The position numbers were made by a program, and so were the translations under genes. From positions 101,804,001 through 101,868,000 of the forward strand of contig OX597815.1 of assembly GCA_951406725.2 (NCBI GenBank): a DNA stretch of 64,000 bases, written 5' to 3'. Source of the stretch: Octopus vulgaris. Its lineage: Eukaryota. Below, piece by piece: positions 1 to 13,694 of this stretch. Within the stretch, counting starts at the first letter, position 1. The number at the start of each line of letters is the position of its first letter. The notes under the pieces are model-generated. The model was not told the origin of the DNA and made no database searches. It saw nothing but the letters and a program-made list of their open reading frames with translations.

Positions 1-129
1 AACATGTGATAATTATTCGGTAGCCATGATAAAACTCCAAGTTTCGGATGCCGAGGTGGAAATCCACGCCGCCATCTCTTCAGTTATCTGGCCATCGGAA
101 AAAATGCTATGAAAATGACCGTTATACGA

Positions 130-190
<61 letters not shown>

Positions 191-192
<2 letters not shown>

Positions 193-1650
193 CCAAGAAC
201 TACACACCTATCTCCCTAACTTCACACATCAGCAAGGTCATGGAACGAATAGTCAGAAGGAAACTAATCACCTTCCTTGAAGAAAATGACTTGCTGCCTG
301 ACACCCAACATGGTTTCCGACCAACACTATGACTGGGTGCTGAAACAACTGCTCAACCACTCAAATGTGGAAGTCATATATCTCGACTTTGCAAAGGCCT
401 TTGATAAAGTCGATCATGGAATGATATGTCACAAACTGCGTGATCTTGGCATAGTTGGAAAATTGGGAGAATGGCTTCATGACTTTCTGAAGAATAGAAG
501 TCAGGTGGTAACAGCCAATGGGGCCACTTCCATTAACACGCAAATAGTGAGCGGTGTTCCGCAGGGCACTGTTTTGGGACCACTACTGTTCATAATGGCC
601 CTCTCAGACATGCCCTCAGCCACGCAGAGAGCCACGATCACAAGTTATGCAGATGATACAAAAGTCTCACAGGCAATACAGAACCCTGAAGACACTAAGC
701 ACCTGCAATGTGAGCTGGACGAAATATACAAGTGGGCTGAAAAGAATAGCATGCAGTTCAATGCTAAAAAGTTTCAAGCTTTATACTATCAGCATGCAAA
801 ACTGAATGCAATACCCAATGAATACACTGGACCCGGAGGGATTGCAATCCCAGAGGCACAATCAGTGCGTGACTTGGGTATTCACATGAGTGATGACGCG
901 ACCTTTCATGTACATGTTGCTAAACTGGCAATGAAATGTAGACGGCTGGCTGGCTGGATTCTTAGAACCTTTAGAACAAGAGAACAAGAAACCATGATGG
1001 TCCTCTGGAAGACACTTGTCCTAAGCCACTTTGACTATTGCTCTCAGCTATGGTCACCATCCAGTGTCAAGTTGATCACAGAACTTGAGGCGATCCAAAG
1101 AAGCTACACGAAGAAGATAGCCTCTGTGCAGCATATGAGCTACTGGGAAAGACTCAAGAGATTAAAGATCTATTCCATCGAGCGTAGGCGAGAAAGATAT
1201 GCCATAATATATATCTGGAAGATCTTGGAAGGACTTGTCCCAAACTTTGGCATCGAGAGTCACACAAATGCCAGAACCGGGCGCCACTGCGTAGTACCAA
1301 GGACTCCAAATTTGCCATCAAAATGTAGGACAAGATATTGTGATAGCCTGGGCTTCAGAGGCCCACAGCTCTTCAATATCCTCCCAAAGAACCTGAGGGA
1401 CCTGCATGGTGTAGATGCGAATGTCTTTAAAGTAGGACTGGACCTCTTCCTGTCAGGTATCCCGGATGAACCAACTTCACGGCAGGAGGTGCAGATGAGG
1501 GCAGCTGCATCGAACTTTCTCATGCATCAGATGGCGTTTGCTAAAAAGCATCCGTGAGGTAAAATCGTGTAGCAAACCAAATAGCGGTGCCCCAGCATGG
1601 CCACAGCTCATTAGCTGAAACTGGAAAAATCAAAAATCATCAATCAAAAT
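191..1650 (+). mobile_element. 5'-truncated CR1/L2-group non-LTR retrotransposon (RT domain, C-terminus and 3' UTR)
   Basis: ORF 277..1557 has the RT motifs YLDFAKAFDKVDH, SGVPQGTVLGPLLF, YADDT and VRDLG. An upstream frame (191-322) reads KNYTPISLTSHISKVMERIV...QHGFRP and is joined by a deletion/frameshift. The 3' end has a stem-loop and an AATC-like tail. Confidence 0.9.
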
Positions 1651-1659
1651 CATATATAT

Positions 1660-1716
<57 letters not shown>

Positions 1717-3504
1717 TATATAGCAAAAAGACAAATTGTGATACGTATTTTTTTCTAATGCTATCTCTGAGGTTAGTGGAATGAATTAGTTTCAATAAAA
1801 CATGATAAGCTGATCGCAGATTAGATTTGTCACAAATTATTCATCCCGTCTCTAGCAATAGCTTTTGAAAAGCAGTTGTACTGGTCGAACAATACGTTAA
1901 AAGTTAACATTTTACTTGCAAAAATTAAAGGGAGACGAGGGAGCAATATGCTCATAGTCAATACTCTGCTTAATATACCTCCAGTCAACCACGTTACTGA
2001 TTCCTCAACATGGGGATTGCCATTTTGTCTTCCCAAATTAGAGATCACAATTGATTTTCCCGGAGAAAATTGTTTATAATAATTTGAGAAAAGGCAATGG
2101 GAGTTACTTAGAGCCGATATAGTCGAAATTAAACTCTACAGGGACTTCGTTCATCGAATTCCCGAAGAAATTATACAACAAAACTATCAAAACGATGGAT
2201 TTAAACAAAGAGAGTAAAAGGAGAGTTTTATATTGGAAAGACTGGAGAGAAAGAGAAACTTTTATTGTTTGCACCAAATTCGCTTTCTCAGGAATCATTA
2301 ATCATCTCTAAGTTTGACAGAACAGAATTTTCTTGGCGATAGATGAAATAAAACAGTTGATTCTTCCACAGTACATGACTGGTATCCGCTGAGCCTCTAT
2401 GTGAAGACTTAATTTGCCAGATATAGTAGCCAAATCTCACCCCGAACATATCTAGCCATTTTAGATAAGGAAGGTCACATTTTATAATTTATGTCTTTAT
2501 ATATTGCGCCTTAAAAAAAATGAAATGGCCAAAATATAAATGCATTTGATCATAGGTCTACCCAATCAGGGTTAACCTGGGGAAACACAACACCGATAAA
2601 AGCTGGTCCACATTGTGTCGATAACAAAGTAAAGTAGAATCAGTCACAGTGAAGTTTAAAGTAAAAGCGTAACTTGCATAATATATCCATCAAAAAATCC
2701 AGCTCTTACCAAAGTGAAGTGTTGCTAGTTTTTTTTATTTTTTAGAGCGTCATACAAAGCATTTTTCGGTATTTGTTTTGGCTCTTTACGTTCTGAGTAC
2801 GAATAAAGCTGAAGTCAACCGTCCCTTCCAGTAATCCAGCGACGATATAATAAACTACCAGTTATGTACTGAGATCAATTTAATTTCTTATCTTTGCCAC
2901 CATACATTAGACTTACTTGAAACAGTAGAACCTAAATACAGGCTCAGTAAATGACGGGGTTCTGATGACAGGTAAATTGAAACACCGTTTAGCGTACACT
3001 TCATAATTATGACAACACACACAAACTTCTTTCTTCTTTCTCTCTCTGCACTCTCTTCACCATAAAAAAGAGATAATGTAAAGGATAAAATAGAATTCAG
3101 CTCACATTTTTACATTTTGCTGTCTTCCGAGTACCTATGTTGTCAAGGACTCAAATATGTAGAAAAGTTTTTTGTTGTTTGTTAAATGTAAATATCTTAA
3201 TTTATACCATATTTTATGTAACTTTATTTATATTTATTTTATCATTTTAATATCGCTGCAGCGTAAAGTTGAACTATTTTCAGGTTCATATGATGTGAAG
3301 AGCTTTTGACAACGTATTTAATGCTTTTTTTAATTTTTGCATTCTGGAACTGGTATTCCATTATACGATACATTACGGAAGTATGTATGTGTGTGTGTGT
3401 CTGTCTGTGTCTGTGTGTGTGTATGTACGTGTGTAGGCGTGTGTGCGCGTGTATGCTATATACACACATGCACAACTCTCTCTCTCTCTCTCTCTCTCTC
3501 TATG

Positions 3505-3538
<34 letters not shown>

Positions 3539-4894
3539 CATACATACATAAATATATACATGCGTATGTGTGTGTATAAATAAACATATAAATATATATT
3601 CACATGCACACACACACACACATACACACTCACACACATATATATAATATGACGTAGATTAAAGATAAGATTTATTATTTTGATTAAAAGTTGAACGTTA
3701 ATTAAATCATATGTTTAATCACTTATGATTCAAAATACATATATTCTTATGAATAAATATACATATTTTTTAACTCTCTTAAATGATGTAAGTTTAGATA
3801 TGTAAATGTTAAATTAGACAAATTCAATTACTGACACTGTTAATAAAGCCACGAAAATGAACTTTATTTAATTTAAGAATTTTAAAGCATATTTTTACTT
3901 CGATAAAATGGAATGTGAGCATTAAATACCGGAAAGAATTTATACACCCGCTGCACATGCATGTACATACGCATTCACATACACACTCGGAAAGAGAGAG
4001 AGAGAAAGAAAGAGAGGGAGTAGGAGGAAGAGGGAAAGAGGGGTAGAGGGAGGGTAGTGGGAGAAGTTTGTGTATATCATGCTAACTGGAATTTCTTCCT
4101 GCTGTTTGGTTACATAATCCTAATCATGCTATTCACTAAATTTCCTGGACTTCCATTGCTCAACGCTATGCAAATTTGATTCTATAAATTTGCTAAGGAT
4201 TTACATCCGAAGGTTTCGTTGTACCCTGCACCACACCAACTTTCTTGAATTTGATGTGTTCTTTGAAAATTCCTACATTATATTTCGGATTTTTGTCAAT
4301 ACGGAAAAATCCACAGTCGTCCGAAATAATTCTTGGCATTTGGAATCGAAGTCTTTTCCGAGATCTCTACGATCTGAAGAATGCCACCGACGTATTTTTC
4401 AAACCATGACGTTGCTATGATTATACATAAGTATCAGATTCATGCACTCTTGGTAAAATTATTGTACGATGAGAGCCGTATAAATTAAATTTCGTTTCAT
4501 TGGATCAGAAGGTTTTCGACATTTAATTGTAATGTATTTTAGTGAACTGATTAAGAGTACCTCAGATTTTCGAAGACATGTACTGTAATTTACTTGCAAA
4601 TCAAATTGTTTTGATTTCTGATAGTAATGATGCCAACCTACATGTGGTATTTCTGTTACATTTTTTGCATCGGGATATGTTCTTGGCATTTTTATCTTGG
4701 CGGTCTTCCTCTAAGGCGGTCAAAATAGCTACTAATTTTATTGGAAATGTCCTCTGCGTGGTGAAAATCAAACTCTGCCCATCCATCTTCAACAGCTATC
4801 GTTCAATGTTAATTTTAATGACTTTCGCAGTTAGAAAATCCACTCTCGAATCTGATGATTTTTCATTTTCCCATTAAAACGATCCCTTCTGTTA

Positions 4895-5005
4895 TAGGTT
4901 CAAGGCCGGAAATTTTGGAGTAGTGGATAAGTCGATGACATCTACCCCAATGCTCAACTGGTACCTATTTCATCGACCCTGAAAGGATGAACGGCAAAGT
5001 CGACC
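4895..5005 (-). mobile_element. Fragment of SINE family B (Meta/MESC-like core)
   Basis: Reverse complement matches the GGTCGACTTTGCC.TTCATCCTTTC.GGGTCGAT core seen at 44043-44770. Confidence 0.7.
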
Positions 5006-5875
5006 TTCGACTTTTGGTCACGCATTTAAAACTTTTCGGCTGTCCTCAGCCAGGTTTCTGCTGATACCATTCCCCAGAAGGTGGTACAATGCCGTAAGCA
5101 GACAATTCCTGGAGCCAAAGAGGAAAGCTGGGTGCAAGGTGAGAGCCAGTGGCAAATGAATGTACTGAAAACGATTTGGCCAAGTCACTAACAAACTGCA
5201 CTTCTCTTACAACCTATAGCTCCTACTCATCTCAGATGAAGTAGAAGCATAAAGTATCGGAGTAAAACTGCACGGAAGATGTTATTATATTAAATGATGT
5301 TAATTTCTGTAGCATGAGTGTTGCTGTCCATAATTCTGTTATATCATTTAAACATTTTGTATTTAAACTTTCAGAATATAAAATAGTAATCTTTTTTATG
5401 CTTATATATAATTTAAATCGAGAATGACACAGCAGACGGAAAAAAATAACATTAAATAAATAATATACTCTGTCTCAGTCTGTCTCTCTGTCTGTCTCTC
5501 TCTTATATATAAATATGCACGTATGTGTGTGTGTATATGTATATATATATATATATATATATGTAAATGCACACACACACACACATACACACACATATAC
5601 ATACATACATACGCAAAAGTTCAAACAATGTTTGGATTCAAATCTTGCACCTTATCTCTTTCGCATAGACTTCTGTCATAAGCTCCAATTAATATTTAAT
5701 TTGTCATTATGCTCTCGTCAAGAAATATATCATTTCCACGAAAGTGTGCACTGAAATTCTATTTTCCATATATGTATATTTGTGTAATATTTACTCGCGT
5801 GTGTATACATATATGTGTAGGTGTGTATATGCGATTGCAGGCATATGTGTGCATTTGCATATATGTGTGTATGCA

Positions 5876-6110
<235 letters not shown>

Positions 6111-6587
6111 CTTGGTATTGGTTTCTGCCACAATCTGAGCTGGGGAATCGCACTGTTGGGTTTAATCAATTGCTCTTATAATCCACAGTAACTTAATCTG
6201 GGTCTATCTTTTTCGATATCTACTCATTGAACGACAGATTTAGTTTCTTTTACTTTGTAGGGGAGTTAGGGAAAAATCTGTTCACAAATTGTCTCTGACT
6301 TAGAATCGAACCCATATCTACGTCTCGTGTCACAGGTTTATAGTGTTCCTTTATAGTGTTCTCCAGCCCCTTTATTGAAATATTCATAACACTAAAAAAA
6401 AGGTTATTTGTGATTGTTCTAACGATTAGTTACTAAATAACTTGAATAATAAATCAAAAAACAGATTTGGGTATTTTGCTCGGGAAGCACATATAGACTT
6501 AAAAACATAATTAAATATACGGTATGGTGGTACATCTTTACTATCATTTCCGCTGTTGACGTCTACGCGTGAGTGTGTATTTATACA

Positions 6588-6631
<44 letters not shown>

Positions 6632-6951
6632 CATACATACACGCATAATCACATTAGCGTGTATATATATATATATATACTCCTACACACATATATATGC
6701 ATGTTTGTATGTATGTGTGTATGTGTATGCGCGCGCGCGTGTGTGTGTGTGTGTGTGTGTATGTGCGTGTGCGTGTAGTTGTTGTTGATGATGATGGTAA
6801 TTTGGAAAAAGATTTATTCTTGTAGTAGAAATATTGTCAGGTCATAAAAGGTGAAGAGACGCAGTAATAGATTTCAGACGTGTGTGTCTCTCTATCAGCC
6901 TGTCTGTCTATCTGTACGTGTATATATAAATATATATGCATAATACATACA

Positions 6952-7010
<59 letters not shown>

Positions 7011-7139
7011 TCATATATATATATATATACACACACACACATACATATACATGAATGTATGTACGTATATATGTATATATGTAGATTGTGAGATAGAGAT
7101 AGATAAATAAGCAGATAAATAGAAAGTATATCAAGTCAG

Positions 7140-7810
7140 ACAGCCGTGTACAGGACACTGTACCGGCATGATATTTGCCTAGGCCTGGCTACTTATCGCG
7201 ACCTACCCAAGAAAGCGACGTGTGGCCGACGCACCGGCTTACTACTTATCACGTGTCTAAGGTCCGCTGCTTGTCCGCAAATAATCATTTCATAACCCGT
7301 TTCCTCTATACCAAGACGTCCACTTCATTTCTCCTTTCTTTCTCTATATCCTTTTTTTTTCCTGTTCTGCCCCTCGTTTATTTATTCATTTATTTGTTCA
7401 CACACTCTACCTCTTATTCAATTGGGGAGGTGGTGGAGGCGTCTATAATTTTACAGCACAGCATTCTCTATTTTTTTCACTTCATTAACTTTCTCTCCCC
7501 CCTCTCCCCCCCCTCTCTCTCTTTCTCTCCTTCTCTGATACGCACGCACGCACACAACACACGAACACGCATAAACACACATACGGCACACATTCTATCC
7601 TTATCTCTCTCTCTTATCTTCACCCCAATTTAGCTTCGATAAGGGCCACTGTTAACCTTCATCATTCTGTTTTGATTTATTGGTCCGGCAAGTGAAGGAT
7701 TATCTACCCTGGTCCTCTTAATCTACCTGGACACGTGACCCCTTCCTTTAACACAGATGTTTCTCCAATCAGGCCCTAATACTTTGAGCTTTCTTTCTTT
7801 CTATTGGCAA
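7140..7810. promoter_or_regulatory. Candidate promoter/enhancer-like unique segment
   Basis: Locally GC/CpG-richer non-repeat sequence with CACGTG at 7250 and 7732, CCAAT at 7765 and ATTGG at 7803. Motif evidence only. Confidence 0.25.
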
Positions 7811-8079
7811 GGACCATGTCAGTATTATGATACGGGCTTCCAACAACTGTCATCGCTGTTTTGTCACTTTGATTTACCACATCGGTACTACTTTAGATAA
7901 CACAGAAAGTAACAACGTACGGAGTAGTAAACGTTAAAAGTTATAGATTTATAGAGTACTAAAGATTATTTCTTATACAGGTAGGAATTTGAATATTTGC
8001 TAGTATTATAAAATAAGACGTGTAGTGTTGTGATGTTCACACATCTGCCAAGAGATTTATAGTACAAGTAAATTTTACT

Positions 8080-8620
8080 TAACTTCAATATTAACTTACA
8101 TATAATAAACTAGATAACAACAGTGCACATAAGCTACATGTCTTTCTCTATATACTTTCATTATGAATAACGCTTTCGCATTTGAAGCTGTTGAATTTGT
8201 TCCAATTTATAAAGATTTACTTTCTAAATCATGCAACAAGAGCTGGAATAGTTCTGTTTAATTTTTTGTATTTAGTTCATGACACTTAATGAAACGGTTT
8301 TAAGTTTTCTAAATCAGCCTGCAGCATTTCTACTTTCTTATTGCAACATCGTCTATTTAATTCCTCTGTCTTTTGTATTTGAAAGTCCATTCTGCTTTCT
8401 TGATGCTTAACTAATGTTTTAATATTCATAAATTTTGACGATTTGCCGTACGTCGCAACATTTATAAGAGATTTCTTCATCATTTTTGTAAGCTCGAACA
8501 GGGCTTTTGAGGTAAGTTCCTATAGAACAGTGACACTGAAACTTGATTCGATTTTTTCCCATAAGACCAATAAAAATCTCTCTTCCCAAATTTTCAAACA
8601 AGGTCTCTACTTACTTGCTG
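8080..8620 (-). mobile_element. Possible highly decayed hAT-type transposase relic
   Basis: Minus-strand fragments include HVAYVHCC (near 8120-8140), which resembles the hAT YVHCxxH motif. Many stops. Confidence 0.25.
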
Positions 8621-8978
8621 GAGGTCGACTTTGTCTTTCGTCCTTTCTGTGTTGATGAAATAAGTTCCAGTTGAGTGCTGGGTCGAGTAATCGACTTACC
8701 CCTCTGCCAAAATGTCAGGCCTTCTGCCTATAGTAGAAACGATCCTTATAGTTGGAAAAGTGTTGCAATCTTTTGTGGATAAAAGATGTGTGTCGTAAAA
8801 ATATGATAGCAAAAAAGTTAATAATAGTCACGGGAAATTTAAGTGTCCTCACATAATATTGTTCGAATTAAAAGAGGCTTGGTTAACATTTGTTGCCGGA
8901 AAGGCGTCGATGCAGTTTTGTGTGAGCACACACATACGCACGCACGCACGCACGCACACACACGCACACACACACACA

Positions 8979-9010
<32 letters not shown>

Positions 9011-9319
9011 GACACAGACACACACACACACACACAGTTCAAATTTTAGAAAAAACAGAAGACAAAAACAAGTGTAGGAACAACGACCAAGTGTATTAGT
9101 TTGACGTTCGGGAAAGTGAAAAGGTCTTTTACGTTTCGAGCCTACACTCTTCAACAGAAAGGAATAAGAGGAAATGAATAGAGCGAGAATTAAAACTAAC
9201 GTGTAGAGTTTAGCGGTCCATATATATGTGTGCCTTGTGTGTGTGTGAGTGTGTGTGTGTGTGTGTGTGTGCGTGCGTGCATGTGCGTGAGAGCGTGCGT
9301 ATGTGTGTGTGCGTATGTG

Positions 9320-9468
9320 TATGAATGTGTGGTAAAAAGCTTGCTTTCCAAATACATGGGTCCGAGTTCACTCCCACTTCCCTTCAGCAAGTGTCTTCTG
9401 CTCTAGCCACGGTTCGACCAAAGCCTTGTGAGTGGATTTGGTAGACAGAAACTAAAAGAAGCCTGTCG

Positions 9469-9470
<2 letters not shown>
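9320..9470 (+). mobile_element. SINE family A (tRNA head plus CORE-like domain), 5' half
   Basis: TGTGGTAAAAAGCTTGCT...GAGTTCACTCCC...CAAGTGTCTTCT...GTGGATTTGGTAGAC, homologous to the copies at 33130-33548 and 60695-61258. Confidence 0.75.
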
Positions 9471-9521
<51 letters not shown>

Positions 9522-10189
9522 GACAAGTAAGCTACACGTCTATTCCGCTTGAAGGCACAAATTGCTCACCAGTCAATCGAACACATCCTAATACTTACGA
9601 TGTAGGATGTTTCAAGTATTTCAAATGAAGTGGAGTGTTTCACCATTTTCTTTAATATTTACATTTGATAGTGTTGCATCTAATTTATCTGGGCGCTCAC
9701 GTTTCCTATCCCCAGCCTTGAGTTACTTGACATTTAAGCATCTATCACCTTTGATATTTTCTTTTTGCTTCCTTGAAATTCTAAAAGATATTTTGTTGGG
9801 CAGCTAAGAGTGATCTGACATTCAATAAGTGGTATAGAATGAATGAAAAACCATTTTTATCTTATCTTCTAGCGATTATGTAATCAATTGGATACGAGTC
9901 CTTGGGTTGAAGATGCATCGAAGCTGCTCTATAGTTATTTGATTGTTGAATTGGTGTGTTTGAAAATCGGCGAAGTTTATTACCAAGGACAGAATATGTA
10001 GCCCTTTTCTATTCTTTTTGCCGAAACTGTGTTTACTAATTGCACAAAACTAAGCGTCATAATTGGAACTTAACACGACATTAAAGTTACCAAACTGTAC
10101 AACTTTACGATTATGAAGTAAATCGTAAATGTTTTCATGATGTTCATTACACGAGATTATCGGAGTTTATATTTTAGCTGTCAAGATAC

Positions 10190-11045
10190 CTGAGCAATTT
10201 TATTTTATCAACTCAAACAAGTACATAAAGCAACGGAAACTACACGTAATATCAACCAAGCATTTAACCATAGGATAGAGAACGAACGTACAGCTCAAAA
10301 TTGGCCCCCGAAGTTTCGTGGTGGGAACAACAAACTTAAAGATGAGCCAAGACATGGACGACCTTCTACAGTTGACAACAATTAATTAAGAGTTATTATT
10401 GAAGTCAACCTACACAAAAATAATTATTTGGAGAATTCAGTGCTGACCATTCTATAGTTGTTCGACACTAGGACCACACTGTAAAGTTAAGCAACACTGC
10501 ACGAACTGAATGAAAATACTAAAATTTTTTAAATAAATATAAAATTGCCGTCACAAAGTCTACTGCGCAATGAAATCTTTCCATTCTTTGAACGCATTGT
10601 GAGATGTAGCTGAAAAAAGAACTGACGGTGTCAGGCGCATTGGCTGGATCCAACCACTGTTTCATCTCAATTAAGCCTATTCTCCATGCGAAGCTGCACC
10701 GAAAGAAAGTCATGGTCACCGTGTTGAGGTGCCAGATGGTGCCACCAGCTACTAATTTTAAATACTGTCCTAACCATCATTACAGAGAAATATTGCCAGA
10801 AATCGGCAAAATGCAGAAAGAACTAACTGATCTCCATAATATTGCTCAAAAACATGGCTAGAAATGACTGAAGAAATTGGGTGAACTCAACTCATCTAGC
10901 TTTCCTCTTCGGACCTCTTTCCGACGGATTATCTGTATTCAACAAAGCAGCACTTCAAAACATTTTTGAAGAATTCCTCGGTTTTTGGACTCCTGAAAGC
11001 TCTACAATCGCAATATTGATGAGAAAATCTGTAACCTACAATACT
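10190..11045 (+). mobile_element. Decayed mariner transposon (Hsmar1/cecropia-like transposase relic)
   Basis: From about 10190 the sequence translates as AILFYQLKQVHKATETTRNINQAF...NERTAQNW..KFRGG...LKDEPRHGRPSTVDNN, followed later by LHRKKVMVTV. These match the N-terminal HTH and catalytic-domain motifs of mariner transposases. Many stops and indels. Confidence 0.8.
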
Positions 11046-11158
11046 TACTTTTTCGATTGACACAATATATTGATTCGTGGTAGATTGCTTGAAAGCAATA
11101 TTTTTGCACTAACCAGGTACCTATGTGTTGGCATGCGTGTGTACAGCTTGCGCCCGTA

Positions 11159-11195
<37 letters not shown>

Positions 11196-11749
11196 ATGAA
11201 TATATGTATACACACATACATGTGTGCGTGTGTGTGTGTATGTGTATATTTATATATATATAGTGCATATGTATCTATTTGTATATATAAGTATGCGTGT
11301 GTGTACTCCCACATACGCATACACACACACTCACACACACAGAGGATGGGCATCAAAACATTTGACATTGGGAATCTATCTGGGTTTTGTCTATCCCGTT
11401 TTAAATCACTTTTAGTCATCTATAGCCATCTTTTTTCTCTGTCTATCTTATCTTCAACATCCCTGTGAAATTGTCCATGCATTCTTTTCTTTATCCACCT
11501 TTTTTCAGTTTCATTCATTCTCAAGTGCTTGTACTACTATGAATATAATATAATATAAGATAACATAAAAAATCGTTAAAAAACCAAAATAGCCAACAAT
11601 TTGTCTCTTCTTATATACATTTTTTGATGCATAAACAATTCAATTCATTTAAGTCTCAGAGCTAAGGTTTAAAGATAGACGAAATTCCGTGTGAAAGGTC
11701 GGCTATACTGTAGAAAAAATTAATTCAAATGCCTATGCATTATGAGCGT

Positions 11750-12660
11750 AAGTTTTAACTTTTCAACTATATAGCAATTAGAATTTAAAAAACAACATAA
11801 ATACAAAACCATGTGTGAAGAAGAACAACAACAAGAGGAAGGAAAAAAGAAGACGAAGACAAAAAATGTAAATGAAATCATTTAAAAACTAAATTTATAT
11901 ATAAATAAAAAATAAAGATAAGAATAAAGAGAATAAAGATAAGACTAATTGAGAACAGTGGGGAGGAGGGTTAAGTCCATCACGAATAAAGACATGAAAT
12001 ATTTTGGAGTGGTCAATATTGTTGTGTTCTTGTCAAAAGATGACCTGTGTGGTCATCTTTTGATGACCACAGATCTGTATGCATGTGTCTGTGTGCGTGT
12101 ACGTGCGTACGTATGTGTGTGCATGTGTGTGTATACATGTATACCATACCACCTGTGAGAACAGAATAGGTGACATCAAACCAATAGGCACCACACAGGT
12201 CATCTTTTGACAAGAACTCTATACTATCGACTACTCCAAAATACTCCATTTCTTTATTCTTGATGGATTTGACTCTCCTCTCCACTGTTCTAAATTTACC
12301 ATTAGTCTTATCTTTGTTCTTATTTTTATTTTCATTTTATTTAAATATTTATTTTATTTTTTATTTCAATTACTTTTTTCTTCCTGTCCTTCTTCACCTT
12401 CTTTCTTCCTACCGCTTGTTGTATTTGTTGTTGTTCTTCATCCTCCTCCTCCTCTCCTCCGCCCCTCTTCCTCCTCCTCCTCTTCTTTTTCACACATGCT
12501 TTTGTATATTTATATATATATTTCTTTATATTTTTTCCCTTTTTGTGTATATTTTTTTGTATGCATGTATACTTGTAAGAAAAAATATTTTGCTGTTTAA
12601 GCAACCAGTAAAACATACATTTTTCAGTTTGAAAACGGCTACTTGAAGCTCGAAACTCAT
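11750..12660. repeat. Fold-back (long inverted repeat) element
   Basis: Core arms 11952-12053 and 12190-12291 are 102 bp with 14 mismatches. Looser complementarity extends outward, e.g. CATGTGTGAAGAAG versus CTTTTTCACACATG. Confidence 0.85.
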
Positions 12661-13384
12661 ATCAGAGTAACTCTCTGTAAGCATTATTATTAAGATTAAA
12701 ATAAAAATTACTCCCCCACCCCCACCAAAAAAGCCATTTCTACTAGTTTTTTCAAATATAAACACATATATATATATACATTTGTATATGTATATGCTCA
12801 CATATATTCGCACAGACACTCACACGCACGCACATTTACATTTATAAATGTGTGTATGTTTATGGATTTGTGTACGTGTAAATAAAAGTGCATATATATA
12901 TTTGGGCATATGTAATTACCCTCTCTATGAAGGTGACATAGCATGAACTATCAGTCTCCACCTCCACTACAACCACCACCACAGTGTCTAAGTCAGAAAT
13001 ACATGTTGAACATATCAACCTTATAATTCACAAGTTAATGTGGAGCGTTAGTGTTAAATGTTTGTATTCTCAGTGCAGCCATTTCTAATAAATTTTATTC
13101 ACAAAATGATTACTTCAGGTAAATAATATTATAAACAAAAACTGTATAATCAACTATAATATATAAGACATTCTCAATTGCATCAGTGACGCAACAGATC
13201 TGCATGTTCCTGTAAAATTCACTTTAAATTAGTGTATTGATAGTTACGTATAAATATGGATACTTAAATATCTATATATGTATGATTTGTTGTTAATTAA
13301 GTTTGTATTTAATCTTTTGAACACATCACTCATACATGCCTATATGTAACTGCCAACGTTAGTCCGTCTTTTCGTATGTATGTA

Positions 13385-13596
13385 TTCTTTTATTCTTTTA
13401 TTCCTTTACTTGTTTCAGTCATTTGACTGTGGCCATGCCGGAGCACCGCCTTGAAGGATTTTAGTCGAACAAATCGACTCCAGGATTTGTTTTTAAGCCT
13501 AGTAATTATTCTATCGGTCATATTTGCCGAACTGCTAAGTTACGGGCACATAAACACACCAACATCGGTTGTCAAGCGATGATGAGGTGGGGACAA

Positions 13597-13694
<98 letters not shown>

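Noticed and set aside
2955-2995. CTGATGA...GAAA hammerhead-like spacing
   Set aside because: Stems I, II and III do not form.
5225-5285. CATCT-CAGATGA...AAAA...AAGATG possible hammerhead relic
   Set aside because: The core is mutated at several invariant positions and there is no stem II.
11949-12285. Two similar short peptides on opposite strands (RRVKSI.NK.M.YFGVV...FLSKDDLCG)
   Set aside because: The similarity follows directly from the DNA inverted repeat, and there is no independent coding evidence.
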